In this document: one piece after another, positions 49,814-60,017 of the stretch | How the letters are laid out: each line of letters starts with the position of its first letter | Numbering within the stretch: the first letter of the stretch is position 1 | NCBI GenBank assembly: GCA_016933575.1 | Contig: JAFGAR010000175.1 | Coordinates: forward strand, 1-64,000 | Length of the DNA: 64,000 nucleotides | Reading direction: 5' to 3' | Source: Candidatus Thorarchaeota archaeon | GTDB lineage: Archaea > Asgardarchaeota > Thorarchaeia > Thorarchaeales > Thorarchaeaceae | Program-made: the position numbers and the translations under genes | Notes under the pieces: generated by a model | The model's input: the letters and a program-made list of their open reading frames with translations, nothing else | Databases searched by the model: none | What the model was told of the DNA's origin: nothing

Positions 49814-50221
49814 ATGGTACTTCTAGGAAGCACAGCTCCATTACTTATTGACATAAATTTGATTCTTCAATACATGACTCTGATCCTGTTAGTGATTGGG
49901 TATATCAAAAGGAAGCCATTCAAGACTCATGGGTATCTTATGCTCTTTGTTCTCATAATAACTATAGGAACAACTATTCTTATTATGGCTCCTAGACTAT
50001 TGATTACACTCAGTAGCTATGGATATCCAATCATTGCGCATGCGTTGTTAGGCATAATTTCCATTATTCTTGGATCTTTGTTTGCTATTAGATTCATCTT
50101 AGCAGTAAGAAACAACAGACCATTAACTTGCGGGACAAAGATTATGATGCGACTTGCCTTGGTGGTATGGATAATTCCAATACTTGCAGGGACTATGATG
50201 TACATTACACTCTATCTCTAA
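49814..50221 (+). CDS. Four-TM membrane protein with His residues (DUF420/cytochrome b-like)
   Basis: GGAGG upstream of ATG 49814; KTHGYLM and IAHALLG. Confidence 0.65.
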   Translation: MVLLGSTAPLLIDINLILQYMTLILLVIGYIKRKPFKTHGYLMLFVLIITIGTTILIMAPRLLITLSSYGYPIIAHALLGIISIILGSLFAIRFILAVRNNRPLTCGTKIMMRLALVVWIIPILAGTMMYITLYL

Positions 50222-50335
50222 AACACGGTTAATAATTGAGGTTAACAAGTTAACCCTACTAATTACTTCTGCAAAACTACATAAGATTAGATTTAATCAA
50301 AATAGTAGAACGCTATGACATAGCGAGGGAAAGTA

Positions 50336-52579
50336 ATGATTAGAAAAGCTCTCTTTATTGTCATCTTATGCCTGATGATGTCATCACAACTTCTACCTCA
50401 GGCATCGATTTCAAGAACGCAAACTCTTACACAGGAATCAGTCACAGTACCATCTGAAACTAACCTGGGACGAGTCACTTGGACAACGAATACATTTCCG
50501 AATGTTGGTCTAGAAGAATGGTATAATCCACATTCTCCAGAGGATATCTATACTGTCAGAACAACTGAGGAAGCAAGCTGGTACGAAACAAGTAATGTGT
50601 ATGAAGGTGCAAAATCCTTTGGAATGCATGCTCGTGCTCTTGATCCATCACATTACTCAGAAGTTCGACTTACTCAGCAATCATGGATATATTGGGATAA
50701 TCCAACAAATACAACCCTTGATTTCGATTGGTATTTGGATTCGATTGGCACACCAATCAATCAAGACTATTATCAAGTTAGATTACGAATAAGTAATCGT
50801 GACATGTACTACTATATTGGCTGTCAGAATTCTGTGGTAATGAATGGGTCGATGGCATATTTCTTCATAAATGGACCTCTTCAAACTTGGAATCACCTGC
50901 ATAGAAATCTTACAAGTGATTATTTCGAGGTCTTTGGTCAACTTCCAACAGAATTTGAATGGGCTGAATGGTGGATACGGAGTTATAGTACGACATATAC
51001 TCGTATTTACATGGATGATGTAAATATTGTAAATGGTACTTTTGTAAAAGTAGGTGGATCTACATTAAATGGCAATTTTGAAGGAACTGGCGGTTGGACT
51101 TTTCAAACATCAACTGATCCAGCAGATATTTCTCAATCACCAGTGAGAAAAGAAGGCGATTGGAGTATGAACATGACTGTTCTATCCAATGACTACACAT
51201 CTTATGCCTATGCTAGCTATAATCCTAACAAGTTACTATCTGAATCGAATAAAGGACAGCTCTCATTCTGGTGGATGATAGAAGATTGGGTAAATCCTGA
51301 TGTATTTTCATACTGCCGTTTGATAGTCAATGTCAAAAATTCAACCACAGACTTTCAAATATACTATTTCTTTGCTATTGGCGGAGCTGGAACTATGCCT
51401 ATGGTAATAATGGACAATACAATCAAAATTAAGGTTGATAGTTTCAATGCAACAGGAACATGGAATCGTTTTGATAGAAACATTTGGGAAGATTTCACTG
51501 GAGTCTATGATACTGAAAACCTCTGGATTGATGAGATTGAATTCCAAGTCCGAACCACTGTAGACAACAGCCTTCTCTCTCTCTTGTTCGATGATATTCA
51601 ATTCGAAACAGCAATCCTAAATGATATGAATTATGAACACCAAGATGCTGTTGGGTCGCCAATTCTAGGATGGGATTACACATCAGGATTAGATGACGTT
51701 ACTGTAACAGATTTTGCTAAGAGTGGTAACAAAGCAGCCAATCTTACATTGAATAACGATGAATCATGTGGCTATGATCAAACAATCGGAAAACTTGTTT
51801 TAAATAGTAGTACGGAACTTATACTAGATTTCAATGTCTACATTGATGATTTTAATCTGACATCAGAGGACTACCTGCTTTTTGCATTATCAGTTCAAGA
51901 TACGTCTATGTACTATATTATTGCTAACTCAACTAGTGCGTTTGAATCATCCTTAGGAGAAGAAGGTGGAGATTTTATTCTACTTCAGGACACTATTACT
52001 ACCAACCAATGGCTGAATTTCCAAATAGATATCGTTCATGATTATGAGGATTTGTTTGGAAACGCGCCAGATACTACTCTGACATATCTTTACCTATCAG
52101 CACGGTCAGGACCTGCAAGTAGACTCTCTGTCATCTTTGATGATCTCTATATCTATTGTGACCCAGCCCCAGATGTAATAGATGTTGACCATTTGATAAT
52201 CCTTGCTCCTGGTGGTGGTCCGGGATATGCAATCATTAATGCTACAGCTATTGACGCAACACTTGAATCTGTGGTTCTAAACTATCGAGTAGATAATGGA
52301 ACATGGCAGCAAGTTGACATGAATCAACTAGATACAACACTGTTTGAAGCAAATATAACAAACTTGGTAGGAGATTTGACTGTAGAATACAGCATAACCG
52401 CCACAGATGCCTTTGATAAGACATTTACAGCACTCAATGGGACAGAATACTTCTCATTCACGCTGAGTACTGGTACTCTTCCGACAGGAGATCTACTTGG
52501 ACCTATTCTAATTCTCGGTGTTATCATAGCGATAGGTGTAGTTTTGTTGGTCTATGTCTTTGTCTATAAGAGAAAATAG
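50336..52579 (+). CDS. Secreted surface protein with three jelly-roll (CBM-like) repeats, an Ig-like domain and a TM anchor
   Basis: Signal peptide; repeats ending IYMDDV / LLFDDI / VIFDDL; C-terminal TM plus KRK. Confidence 0.75.
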   Translation: MIRKALFIVILCLMMSSQLLPQASISRTQTLTQESVTVPSETNLGRVTWTTNTFPNVGLEEWYNPHSPEDIYTVRTTEEASWYETSNVYEGAKSFGMHARALDPSHYSEVRLTQQSWIYWDNPTNTTLDFDWYLDSIGTPINQDYYQVRLRISNRDMYYYIGCQNSVVMNGSMAYFFINGPLQTWNHLHRNLTSDYFEVFGQLPTEFEWAEWWIRSYSTTYTRIYMDDVNIVNGTFVKVGGSTLNGNFEGTGGWTFQTSTDPADISQSPVRKEGDWSMNMTVLSNDYTSYAYASYNPNKLLSESNKGQLSFWWMIEDWVNPDVFSYCRLIVNVKNSTTDFQIYYFFAIGGAGTMPMVIMDNTIKIKVDSFNATGTWNRFDRNIWEDFTGVYDTENLWIDEIEFQVRTTVDNSLLSLLFDDIQFETAILNDMNYEHQDAVGSPILGWDYTSGLDDVTVTDFAKSGNKAANLTLNNDESCGYDQTIGKLVLNSSTELILDFNVYIDDFNLTSEDYLLFALSVQDTSMYYIIANSTSAFESSLGEEGGDFILLQDTITTNQWLNFQIDIVHDYEDLFGNAPDTTLTYLYLSARSGPASRLSVIFDDLYIYCDPAPDVIDVDHLIILAPGGGPGYAIINATAIDATLESVVLNYRVDNGTWQQVDMNQLDTTLFEANITNLVGDLTVEYSITATDAFDKTFTALNGTEYFSFTLSTGTLPTGDLLGPILILGVIIAIGVVLLVYVFVYKRK

Positions 52580-52588
52580 ATTCACTAT

Positions 52589-52624
52589 GACCCAGCAAAA
52601 ACAGCTGGGTTTCTCTTCTTTTTT
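52589..52624 (+). terminator. Hairpin plus T-tract terminator
   Basis: GACCCAGC...GCTGGGTT then TCTCTTCTTTTTT. Confidence 0.6.
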
Positions 52625-52633
52625 CTAATTCAA

Positions 52634-53374
52634 TCATTCTAGGTAGTCGAGAAGCTCCACCAAATCTTTGATTATTAGTACATCTTCATTTTCTGACTGC
52701 AATTCTTCTTTTAGTTTCGAAAGAAGGATTGGTTGCATTCCAGCTCTTCGCGCGGCTTCCACATCAAGATTTATTTTATTACCAACAAAAGCACATCTAA
52801 TCGGATTGACCCCTAACTCATGTGCATTCATTATCAACATGTATGGAGAGGGTTTTGCATAACCTCGGATCAAGGTCCATTGTAGACTCTGGAATAGATG
52901 CCGAATTCCTGATGAAGAGAGAAGATCATCAGGACTCTGAGTCCAGTTTGTTGCAACACCTAACTTCAATCCACGATGATACAAATCTTCTAGGACCTCC
53001 TTTGCTCCGAGTCTCAAAGTATTTGGATGACTTGTAAGAAGATCATTCCAGAGACGTTGATACTCTAAAGATTTCTTGTCTATATCAGCATCGACACCCA
53101 AGCTCTGTAAAAGAACTCTATCAAAGTATAGCCATTCTTCATGATTTATCTCGTGATTTGGTCCAGTTGCCACTTCATCTAGCAACTCATAGAGTGCAAT
53201 TTCAGCCTTATCTTCTGCTTGTACAAGCTCCTCATATGTAACAACAAAATCCTCTCCACAGACTTCTCGAAGGAATTTCATATGATAGTCTGAAACAGAA
53301 TAGGGCATTGTATACAGCGTATCGCCCATATCGAAAATCACAGCTTTTATTTCTTTCAGGTTTCTAAGAGGCAA
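52634..53374 (-). CDS. HAD superfamily hydrolase
   Basis: IFDMGDTL, VATN, KPSP, FVGNKINLDVEAARRAGM. Confidence 0.88.
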   Translation of the reverse strand: MPLRNLKEIKAVIFDMGDTLYTMPYSVSDYHMKFLREVCGEDFVVTYEELVQAEDKAEIALYELLDEVATGPNHEINHEEWLYFDRVLLQSLGVDADIDKKSLEYQRLWNDLLTSHPNTLRLGAKEVLEDLYHRGLKLGVATNWTQSPDDLLSSSGIRHLFQSLQWTLIRGYAKPSPYMLIMNAHELGVNPIRCAFVGNKINLDVEAARRAGMQPILLSKLKEELQSENEDVLIIKDLVELLDYLE

Positions 53375-53379
53375 CTATC

Positions 53380-54186
53380 TCACCTAAATTCCTCTTGAAC
53401 CCTTAAAATTGAGATTAGACTTACAAACACCATCGTGAATATTGTGATCAAGAGCATTGACCAATAGATCATAGGAAATGTTGTAGCAAAAAAAGGAGCT
53501 AGTAAGAACTGGAAACTGATTCCCAGATACATCAAGGGTATTGAATGCCAGAAAAATTTGGAATCAACCTTAGTTGAAAGGCTTTCGTCAGCATTCTTCG
53601 ACAGGAAGAATGCAAAGATGAAATAGATCAAGAAGATAGTAAAGAACCATCCGAAGTAATTAGTCAGCGGCACTCCAAAATAAAAACCACCATCCTCCCA
53701 TACCCACTCTCCTTGTATTGTAGAAAGAATCGGGTCCATGACAAGGTCCCACATAACCATCACAAATGCGGCAACAAAAGGAATCAGACCAATTTGCTTA
53801 CCCTGGATTTCTGGAGTGAATTTCCCAACTAGAATATGAGCGATTGACCAAGAGAGATAGCCTGTTCCAAGATAGGCTGGCATAATAATCCATGGAACTT
53901 CACCAATCTTTCCTAGACCGGTGTAGTAATAATTGCCAAAGGGAAATCCAATAGCAATGCTTAGTGATTCAAGGGTCCATGAGATTGTAAACGTGATAAT
54001 AATGAATACTATCAGATTCTTTGGTCCGTAGAATTTCGAGCCATGAAGTAATACAAAGAGAACGGTCACTAAGACACCTAGAAATCCTACTGGTGCTGAT
54101 ATTACCTTCGCAATTACTGTCGTGATATAGAGAATTGCGATGATTAGGATTATGAGTGAAGCTTCTATTTTGTTCAGTTTTGACAT
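53380..54186 (-). CDS. Carotenoid biosynthesis (CruF/DUF422-like) membrane protein
   Basis: GFPFGNYYY, WDLVMDP, W.W..GG..FGVPLTNYFGW. Confidence 0.85.
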   Translation of the reverse strand: MSKLNKIEASLIILIIAILYITTVIAKVISAPVGFLGVLVTVLFVLLHGSKFYGPKNLIVFIIITFTISWTLESLSIAIGFPFGNYYYTGLGKIGEVPWIIMPAYLGTGYLSWSIAHILVGKFTPEIQGKQIGLIPFVAAFVMVMWDLVMDPILSTIQGEWVWEDGGFYFGVPLTNYFGWFFTIFLIYFIFAFFLSKNADESLSTKVDSKFFWHSIPLMYLGISFQFLLAPFFATTFPMIYWSMLLITIFTMVFVSLISILRVQEEFR

Positions 54187-54395
54187 AATGGCGGCTCTCT
54201 CCTATCTTGAGTTACACGAAACAGTAGTCCAGAATAATGGATTTCTCTCTTTTCATTCTTTTCAAAGTGGATACCTCAAATAATCTGATTCATCATATCC
54301 GTCTTTCAGAGTTTTATTACAAGGCCCTCAAGTATAATTCCTGCGTATTAGTAGAGACTTTTATTTCACTATATTTCGTAGTCCTGAGACCAGTA

Positions 54396-55307
54396 ATGAC
54401 TCTTAAAATGCGATCATTTCATTGGAGTCAAGATTTTGACAAGATCCAAGAATTTCTCTTTAACACATACAAACTGACAAAGACCTTCCACAACTGGATT
54501 CCCTCAATGTTTGAAAATTTGCAGTTTGGACCATGTGGAACACCATATCTAGATGAAGAAGATGAGTATGTCAAAATATGGGAAGATTCTGGTGTTGGGA
54601 TAGTTGCTGTTACTATTTGCAAACCATCAGGAGAGTGTCGTTTCCTGATACATCCAGACTACTACGAATATGGAGATACCTTTGTTGAAACTTTAGAGAG
54701 CCAAGCAAAAGAGATGAAAATAGACGATTCAGAGCAAAAGATCTACTTCATGATTGAAGAGGGTGATATAGTTCGTGAAAAAGTTCTGAAACAACGCGAA
54801 TATAATAATAGAGGGGTGTATGAACACAATAGATACCTTCCAAAGAACTTTGAAGTCCCTGAGATTACACTTCCTGTGGGTTATTCAATAAGGCACGTAG
54901 ACATCGTAAATGATTTTGAAAATTACAAAGCAGTTCAAGGAGCGGTCTTCTCTCATTGCATAAGCATGACAGTAGAACTCGCGAAGAAATATGCTAGTGC
55001 CAAATTCTATCATCCAGAACGTGATGTTGTAGTTGTCGCACCTGATGGAACATTTGCAGCATTCGCTACAGGCAGAATGGATCCAATTAGCAAGCTAGCT
55101 GAAACAGAACCTGTTGGGGTTCATCCAGATCATAGACAGAAAGGACTAGGTAAAGCCATTGTCTATGAGGGTATTAGAAGACTCCAGCAGCATGGTGCTA
55201 AGGCAATCGTTATACTAGGTGCAGCTAGTTCTGACGCCGCAACGAAACTCTATGACGCGGTCGGTTTTGAGAGAAGAGACGTAAACGCATGGATGAAGAT
55301 TATCTAG
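54396..55307 (+). CDS. GNAT acetyltransferase
   Basis: EPVGVHPDHRQKGLGKA, LYDAVGF; start moved from the track's 54237 to ATG 54396. Confidence 0.87.
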   Translation: MTLKMRSFHWSQDFDKIQEFLFNTYKLTKTFHNWIPSMFENLQFGPCGTPYLDEEDEYVKIWEDSGVGIVAVTICKPSGECRFLIHPDYYEYGDTFVETLESQAKEMKIDDSEQKIYFMIEEGDIVREKVLKQREYNNRGVYEHNRYLPKNFEVPEITLPVGYSIRHVDIVNDFENYKAVQGAVFSHCISMTVELAKKYASAKFYHPERDVVVVAPDGTFAAFATGRMDPISKLAETEPVGVHPDHRQKGLGKAIVYEGIRRLQQHGAKAIVILGAASSDAATKLYDAVGFERRDVNAWMKII

Positions 55308-55340
55308 TGAAAGGATAAATTCAAGGAAGTGATTGTTCAG

Positions 55341-55377
55341 AAAAAAGGAGCAAAGTCCAGCCTTCTTGACTGGACTT
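55341..55377 (-). terminator. Hairpin plus T-tract terminator
   Basis: AAGTCCAG...CTGGACTT then TGCTCCTTTTTT on the minus strand. Confidence 0.6.
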
Positions 55378-55385
55378 AATTTGAA

Positions 55386-57722
55386 TTATCGCTTCTTTAA
55401 GACAAAGACATAGATGATAAAAACAGCTCCGAGCGCGATAATAGCGACCGCGATAGCAGCCATAAGCAATAGCGCACCATCATCAGTTGGTAGAATGGGA
55501 GTTGTAGTTGTAGTGGTTGTTGAAGTTGCGGATGCGACTGTGATTGTGAAATATCCACTATCATCCATCACTGAGGTTGTCTTTCCGAAGGCATCAACTG
55601 CAGTGACATTGTATTCAATCAATGAATCTGCGATAAGACCCATGATGTTCAATTCATAAAGGTCATTAGAAACAAGACTCATTGCAGTACTTGTCCATGA
55701 ACCACCATTGACTCTATAGTTCACCACAACTGAAGTAAGTGTCGCATCAATCACTGTTGCAGTGATGAGTACTGAACCACCTGCTGATGGATTAGTTGGT
55801 GTATTTTGAACATTCAGGACATCTGGAGACGGATCTTCGTAGATATAGAGATCATCCATGAAGACTACAAGTTTACTTCCCAAATCTGCAGAACCCCAAA
55901 TCTCAATATCGTAGATATAGTTGTCATTAATGGCACCAAATGCTGACTCAAAAGCATGCACAATATCAATCTGCCAGTTTATCCAAGAACCAACAGAATT
56001 AGTTTCAGGTTGAAGAACTATTGCTTCATACTCACTCAATGAATAGATATTCTCAAAGGAGGTAGAATTGGCTATCAAGAAGAATAGTGTGTTATCAATG
56101 AAATTCACTGCTAAAAGGAGATAGTCCTCTGAGGTTTGATTTAGTGTTTCAATGTACCAATTTAGATCGAGGATATACTCTGTCGAATCATCGAGCGTAA
56201 GATAACTTACTTCTTGGTATCTATTTATTTCATCACTATTTACAAGGGTGATGTTAGCTGCCTTTTCACCATTGCATGAGAAATCTGTAACAGTATGAGT
56301 AGAAGTAGTATCGAATCCACTATCCCAACCATAGATGGGTTCACCAACATCTTTCTGATCTTCATATCCTCCATCATGCAAAATGGATGTCGTCAAAGAT
56401 GCATCATCAAAAAGCACAGAAACACGCGAGCCAGAATCTTCAGCTGATGCATAGAAATAGATTGATTCTATCAGCACTTCAGCATTAGGATAACGTGAGT
56501 GTATATCGTCAATAACACTTCGATTAAAGAGATTCCAAACCCCTGTCGTATTGAATCCATCAACTGCATATTCGATATCGTCTGGACCTCCGAATATTTG
56601 TGGTCCACCGCCATAACCAAAAATGTAGAATACATACAATCCGCTGGCAGTACGATTACTATATTCGACCCACATGTATGCTCTTGAATTATAGGTGGAT
56701 ACCTGCCAATCTGCAATGTTCCAGTAGAAACTGAATTGGTCCTTGTTAAGAACTGTGGGTATCATATCGACGGATGTACTGAATCTGGCAAATCCTGTAT
56801 TTCCTACCGTGTTGATAGTCATATTGAGACTCCAGTCAGCCTCAACTCGGGTAGTACACTGAGAGATATCTCCAGAGCCAGCATCAGAGTCGAAGCCCCA
56901 CCACCAAGAACCTGTACCACCTAATTCAATATTTCCAGAGTTTACACTTCCTCCAACTTTGACATAAGAACCATTCACGAAATAGACATTGTCAATGTAT
57001 GCACGAGACCATTCGTATTCGTAACTTATCACGCGAAATTGAAATCGACTCAGATACATTATACTACCTGTTCCAAATGTATCAACGTAATCCTGAGTGA
57101 CATTTCGACTGAAAGTATTCCATTGTTGCAGTGGTCCGGTATCAATTAAGAAATATACCTGTGTGCTAGTATTTGAAGCAGTAATTGTTGACCCAATTCT
57201 ATAGTAGATAACTCGATTCGAACCTGCAAATGGGAGATATAATTCTAGACAGTCACCCAGATCAGCATTAGCTAATGTATGAATATAATAATCAAAGGCT
57301 ACGGTTAAATTAGCAGGATTCGTCAGAGCAGACCATGATTGAAGCATTAAATTAGCCATTGCAGGATGATTGATATCCGTGCCTTTTGCCATCAACCGAG
57401 CGGACTGACTACCCTCACTCACTATTGAATACTCCAAATCAATATCTATCATCTGAGTACGTGATGTCATCATGTCTTCAGGTTCGTGGGGATTTGCCCA
57501 GTCTTCGAATCCTCCATTCGGAAACAGATCCATTCTAGTATTTACCCTGTTCAAATCGGTATCTGAAATTGAGTACTCATCTACCTCTAGAGGTGTTGTT
57601 GAACTATCGCCACTGACTAAATTTGATGGCATTGCTACCGTTGTTACTAACAATACTTGAGAGATAAGTAGAGTAAAGAAAAACAAACACAGTCTCTTAT
57701 TTTTCATCAATGCACTCCTCAT
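55386..57722 (-). CDS. Secreted triple-repeat surface protein, paralog of 50336..52579
   Basis: Shared FPN.G.E.W.NPH.PED, KVGGS..., DWS.NMT, SEDYLL.A, IDATL.SVV.NYRV; Thr-rich linker plus TM. Confidence 0.78.
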   Translation of the reverse strand: MRSALMKNKRLCLFFFTLLISQVLLVTTVAMPSNLVSGDSSTTPLEVDEYSISDTDLNRVNTRMDLFPNGGFEDWANPHEPEDMMTSRTQMIDIDLEYSIVSEGSQSARLMAKGTDINHPAMANLMLQSWSALTNPANLTVAFDYYIHTLANADLGDCLELYLPFAGSNRVIYYRIGSTITASNTSTQVYFLIDTGPLQQWNTFSRNVTQDYVDTFGTGSIMYLSRFQFRVISYEYEWSRAYIDNVYFVNGSYVKVGGSVNSGNIELGGTGSWWWGFDSDAGSGDISQCTTRVEADWSLNMTINTVGNTGFARFSTSVDMIPTVLNKDQFSFYWNIADWQVSTYNSRAYMWVEYSNRTASGLYVFYIFGYGGGPQIFGGPDDIEYAVDGFNTTGVWNLFNRSVIDDIHSRYPNAEVLIESIYFYASAEDSGSRVSVLFDDASLTTSILHDGGYEDQKDVGEPIYGWDSGFDTTSTHTVTDFSCNGEKAANITLVNSDEINRYQEVSYLTLDDSTEYILDLNWYIETLNQTSEDYLLLAVNFIDNTLFFLIANSTSFENIYSLSEYEAIVLQPETNSVGSWINWQIDIVHAFESAFGAINDNYIYDIEIWGSADLGSKLVVFMDDLYIYEDPSPDVLNVQNTPTNPSAGGSVLITATVIDATLTSVVVNYRVNGGSWTSTAMSLVSNDLYELNIMGLIADSLIEYNVTAVDAFGKTTSVMDDSGYFTITVASATSTTTTTTTPILPTDDGALLLMAAIAVAIIALGAVFIIYVFVLKKR

Positions 57723-57850
57723 ATGTGAGTATCACTGACCAATCGCCAAAATCAACAGTTAATATACATTGAGGCGATGCACATCTTTGGAAAATAAGAA
57801 AAGTAAGCCACTGATAAATCTCAACTTTAAAGATGTAGAATTTGATATAG

Positions 57851-58450
57851 TTAATCGCAGTTTCTGATTGATTTGATGCCCAATTCTCGAGCAATGGTGA
57901 GATGTTCTGGATGATCCTGAACGTCATTTCTTCCATTCAATCCGGATGCCACGATAACATCAATGCATGTCATACCTAAATAATGACAGATATCCTTGAA
58001 CATACCAACGGTATGACGAGCATAATAGTCATTATTACCGCCCATTGATACTACTAGAATCACCTGTTTTCCTTGAAAGAGTCTTTGATTCACTCCGTAC
58101 CAGCGGTCGATGAAAGCTTTGAATTGAGCACTTGGCCCCCACCAATAGATTGGTGTACCGAGCACCCAGACATCGCTTTTTTCCATTAGTTCAAAGAGGG
58201 ATTCCATATCATCATCTTGGATGCACCCACCAGTCTTTTGGCAGGAGTCGCAGGCTTTGCATGGAGAGATTTCAAGATCTTGAAGAATTACCTTATCATA
58301 GGTTGCTCCACATTCAGCTGCTCCTGCCAAGACAGTATCGATAAGAGTATCACTATTTCCTCCTCTGCGAGGACTTCCACTGATTCCAAGAATCGATTTT
58401 CTTTCTGAGGACGGTGTATCAAGTCCACATTTTTGTTTGATTGATTGCAT
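57851..58450 (-). CDS. Iron-sulfur flavoprotein / NADPH-dependent FMN reductase family
   Basis: GSPRRGGNS, CKACDSC...C..DDM, GTPIYW, KAFIDR. Confidence 0.9.
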   Translation of the reverse strand: MQSIKQKCGLDTPSSERKSILGISGSPRRGGNSDTLIDTVLAGAAECGATYDKVILQDLEISPCKACDSCQKTGGCIQDDDMESLFELMEKSDVWVLGTPIYWWGPSAQFKAFIDRWYGVNQRLFQGKQVILVVSMGGNNDYYARHTVGMFKDICHYLGMTCIDVIVASGLNGRNDVQDHPEHLTIARELGIKSIRNCD

Positions 58451-58499
58451 CTATCATGCCTCGGTTTACAATCAATGTTTCGAAATCAACGAACTACAG

Positions 58500-59444
58500 T
58501 CATTTACTCTCCTTCTGATGAACATAGAAGATCTCATACAACTCAATGTTAGATTGCATCTTTGCAACACCCATGGCTGTCGGATCTTGAGATTCGTATC
58601 CAAATGAGACTCTAAGTGGAATATCACTCATTCCTGATGCGTTACACTCTTTTGCCAATTCAACAACAAGACGGTCCCATGCAAATTCATACCCTGGATG
58701 AAATGCTGTAAATCTCATGATTATTCTATCTTCCTCACCCCTTAGGATGCTTCCATCAGGTCTGAATCTTAGAGCAGCTGTAGCTGCAACTGGTTTATCA
58801 CTATCAAAAAGGAGGATACAATGACCATCCTTCAAAACTCTATCTCGAAAATAAGCAGTAAATCCTTCCTCATTTGGAAAGGCATAACGAAGTCTATTAT
58901 CAATAAGTGCAATTTCAACAAGAGCATGTAGGTCCTCCTCCGTTGCGGCTCTAGCAGTTAGCGTTTCTGTATCATCATCTAACTTCATCTTTGCTGTTTC
59001 CTTAACGTCCATATCAAGATTATACCGATAATTTCTCTCAGTCTCAATAAACCCTCGTTCTTTGAAAAATTGAATCTGTTCGTTCTTTGTCTTTGAACCT
59101 ACAACTACTGCTGTTATAATGCGGTTAATCCCATCAAGACTATACAGGTGGTCCAATAGATCATTAAAGAGCTTGTTTTTGACCTCTGTCGGACAAACAT
59201 TCATTGACCAAGGATAACCAATTAGAGCACTACCTGGTACATTATCTATGATATCTGAAGTAATGTATGCTAATGGTTTTCCATCCTCTGTCAACGCATA
59301 CCTTGTAGCTTCCTTTCCGCGATTGTCATTTCTAGGTCCTATTTGTTCAGCACGTGCAGGAAGTCCAGATACCTCAGTATAGATCTTAGCCTGCACCTCT
59401 TCAAGACCCTGTCCAGGTTCCCATTTCTTATACACGACGTTCAT
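58500..59444 (-). CDS. Double GNAT-like fold protein
   Basis: FFKERGF and RAATEEDL patterns; ATG 59444 preferred over the track's 59531. Confidence 0.55.
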   Translation of the reverse strand: MNVVYKKWEPGQGLEEVQAKIYTEVSGLPARAEQIGPRNDNRGKEATRYALTEDGKPLAYITSDIIDNVPGSALIGYPWSMNVCPTEVKNKLFNDLLDHLYSLDGINRIITAVVVGSKTKNEQIQFFKERGFIETERNYRYNLDMDVKETAKMKLDDDTETLTARAATEEDLHALVEIALIDNRLRYAFPNEEGFTAYFRDRVLKDGHCILLFDSDKPVAATAALRFRPDGSILRGEEDRIIMRFTAFHPGYEFAWDRLVVELAKECNASGMSDIPLRVSFGYESQDPTAMGVAKMQSNIELYEIFYVHQKESK

Positions 59445-60017
59445 CCAATTTGCCTCAGTTATTTCAAACTGAAATGAATGAACAATGGTTTGTCTAATAA
59501 ACCTTATTCCTTGCGATGCTTTAATAGACACACTTATATCTGTGAATGGCTTACAATAGAAACTATAGACAGGATGGAGCAGGTAGTGAGTATTAGGTCT
59601 GAAAGCATAGAATTACTTTGCATTATTGCTGTTTAGGCTTTGTATGAAATATTAGACATTTTCACCAAAGAACATCAAATGATCTGTCCTTGGAACATCA
59701 TACCCAAGATAGCGAAAAGAACCCGGTCCTTTAGGCAATGGCGACCGAAGAATAGGCTTTTGTCAAATATATCACTCTTTTCTAAGTATGCATAATACTA
59801 ACATATTCGAGTAAAATCTAACAGGTTAATAGTAATCACAAAACGAAGAAAGTACTCATAATCATAAAATTGAAGAAAAGACCAAACTTGGACAAGATTC
59901 GTTTAATGATTAGAGCAAAATATCTTGAGATTACCATATCTTCTTGATTTATATGGTTCTTTAGAAATCTAATCATCGATATTTATTGATGACAAAACAA
60001 TTGCAATTATAACAAGA

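Noticed and set aside
55500-55530. GTT/GTA trinucleotide run
   Set aside because: Encodes an ordinary Thr-rich linker before a TM anchor.
59560-59820. Possible pseudogene fragment or ncRNA in the gap before the REC gene
   Set aside because: Only short frames with no recognisable motif or convincing structure.
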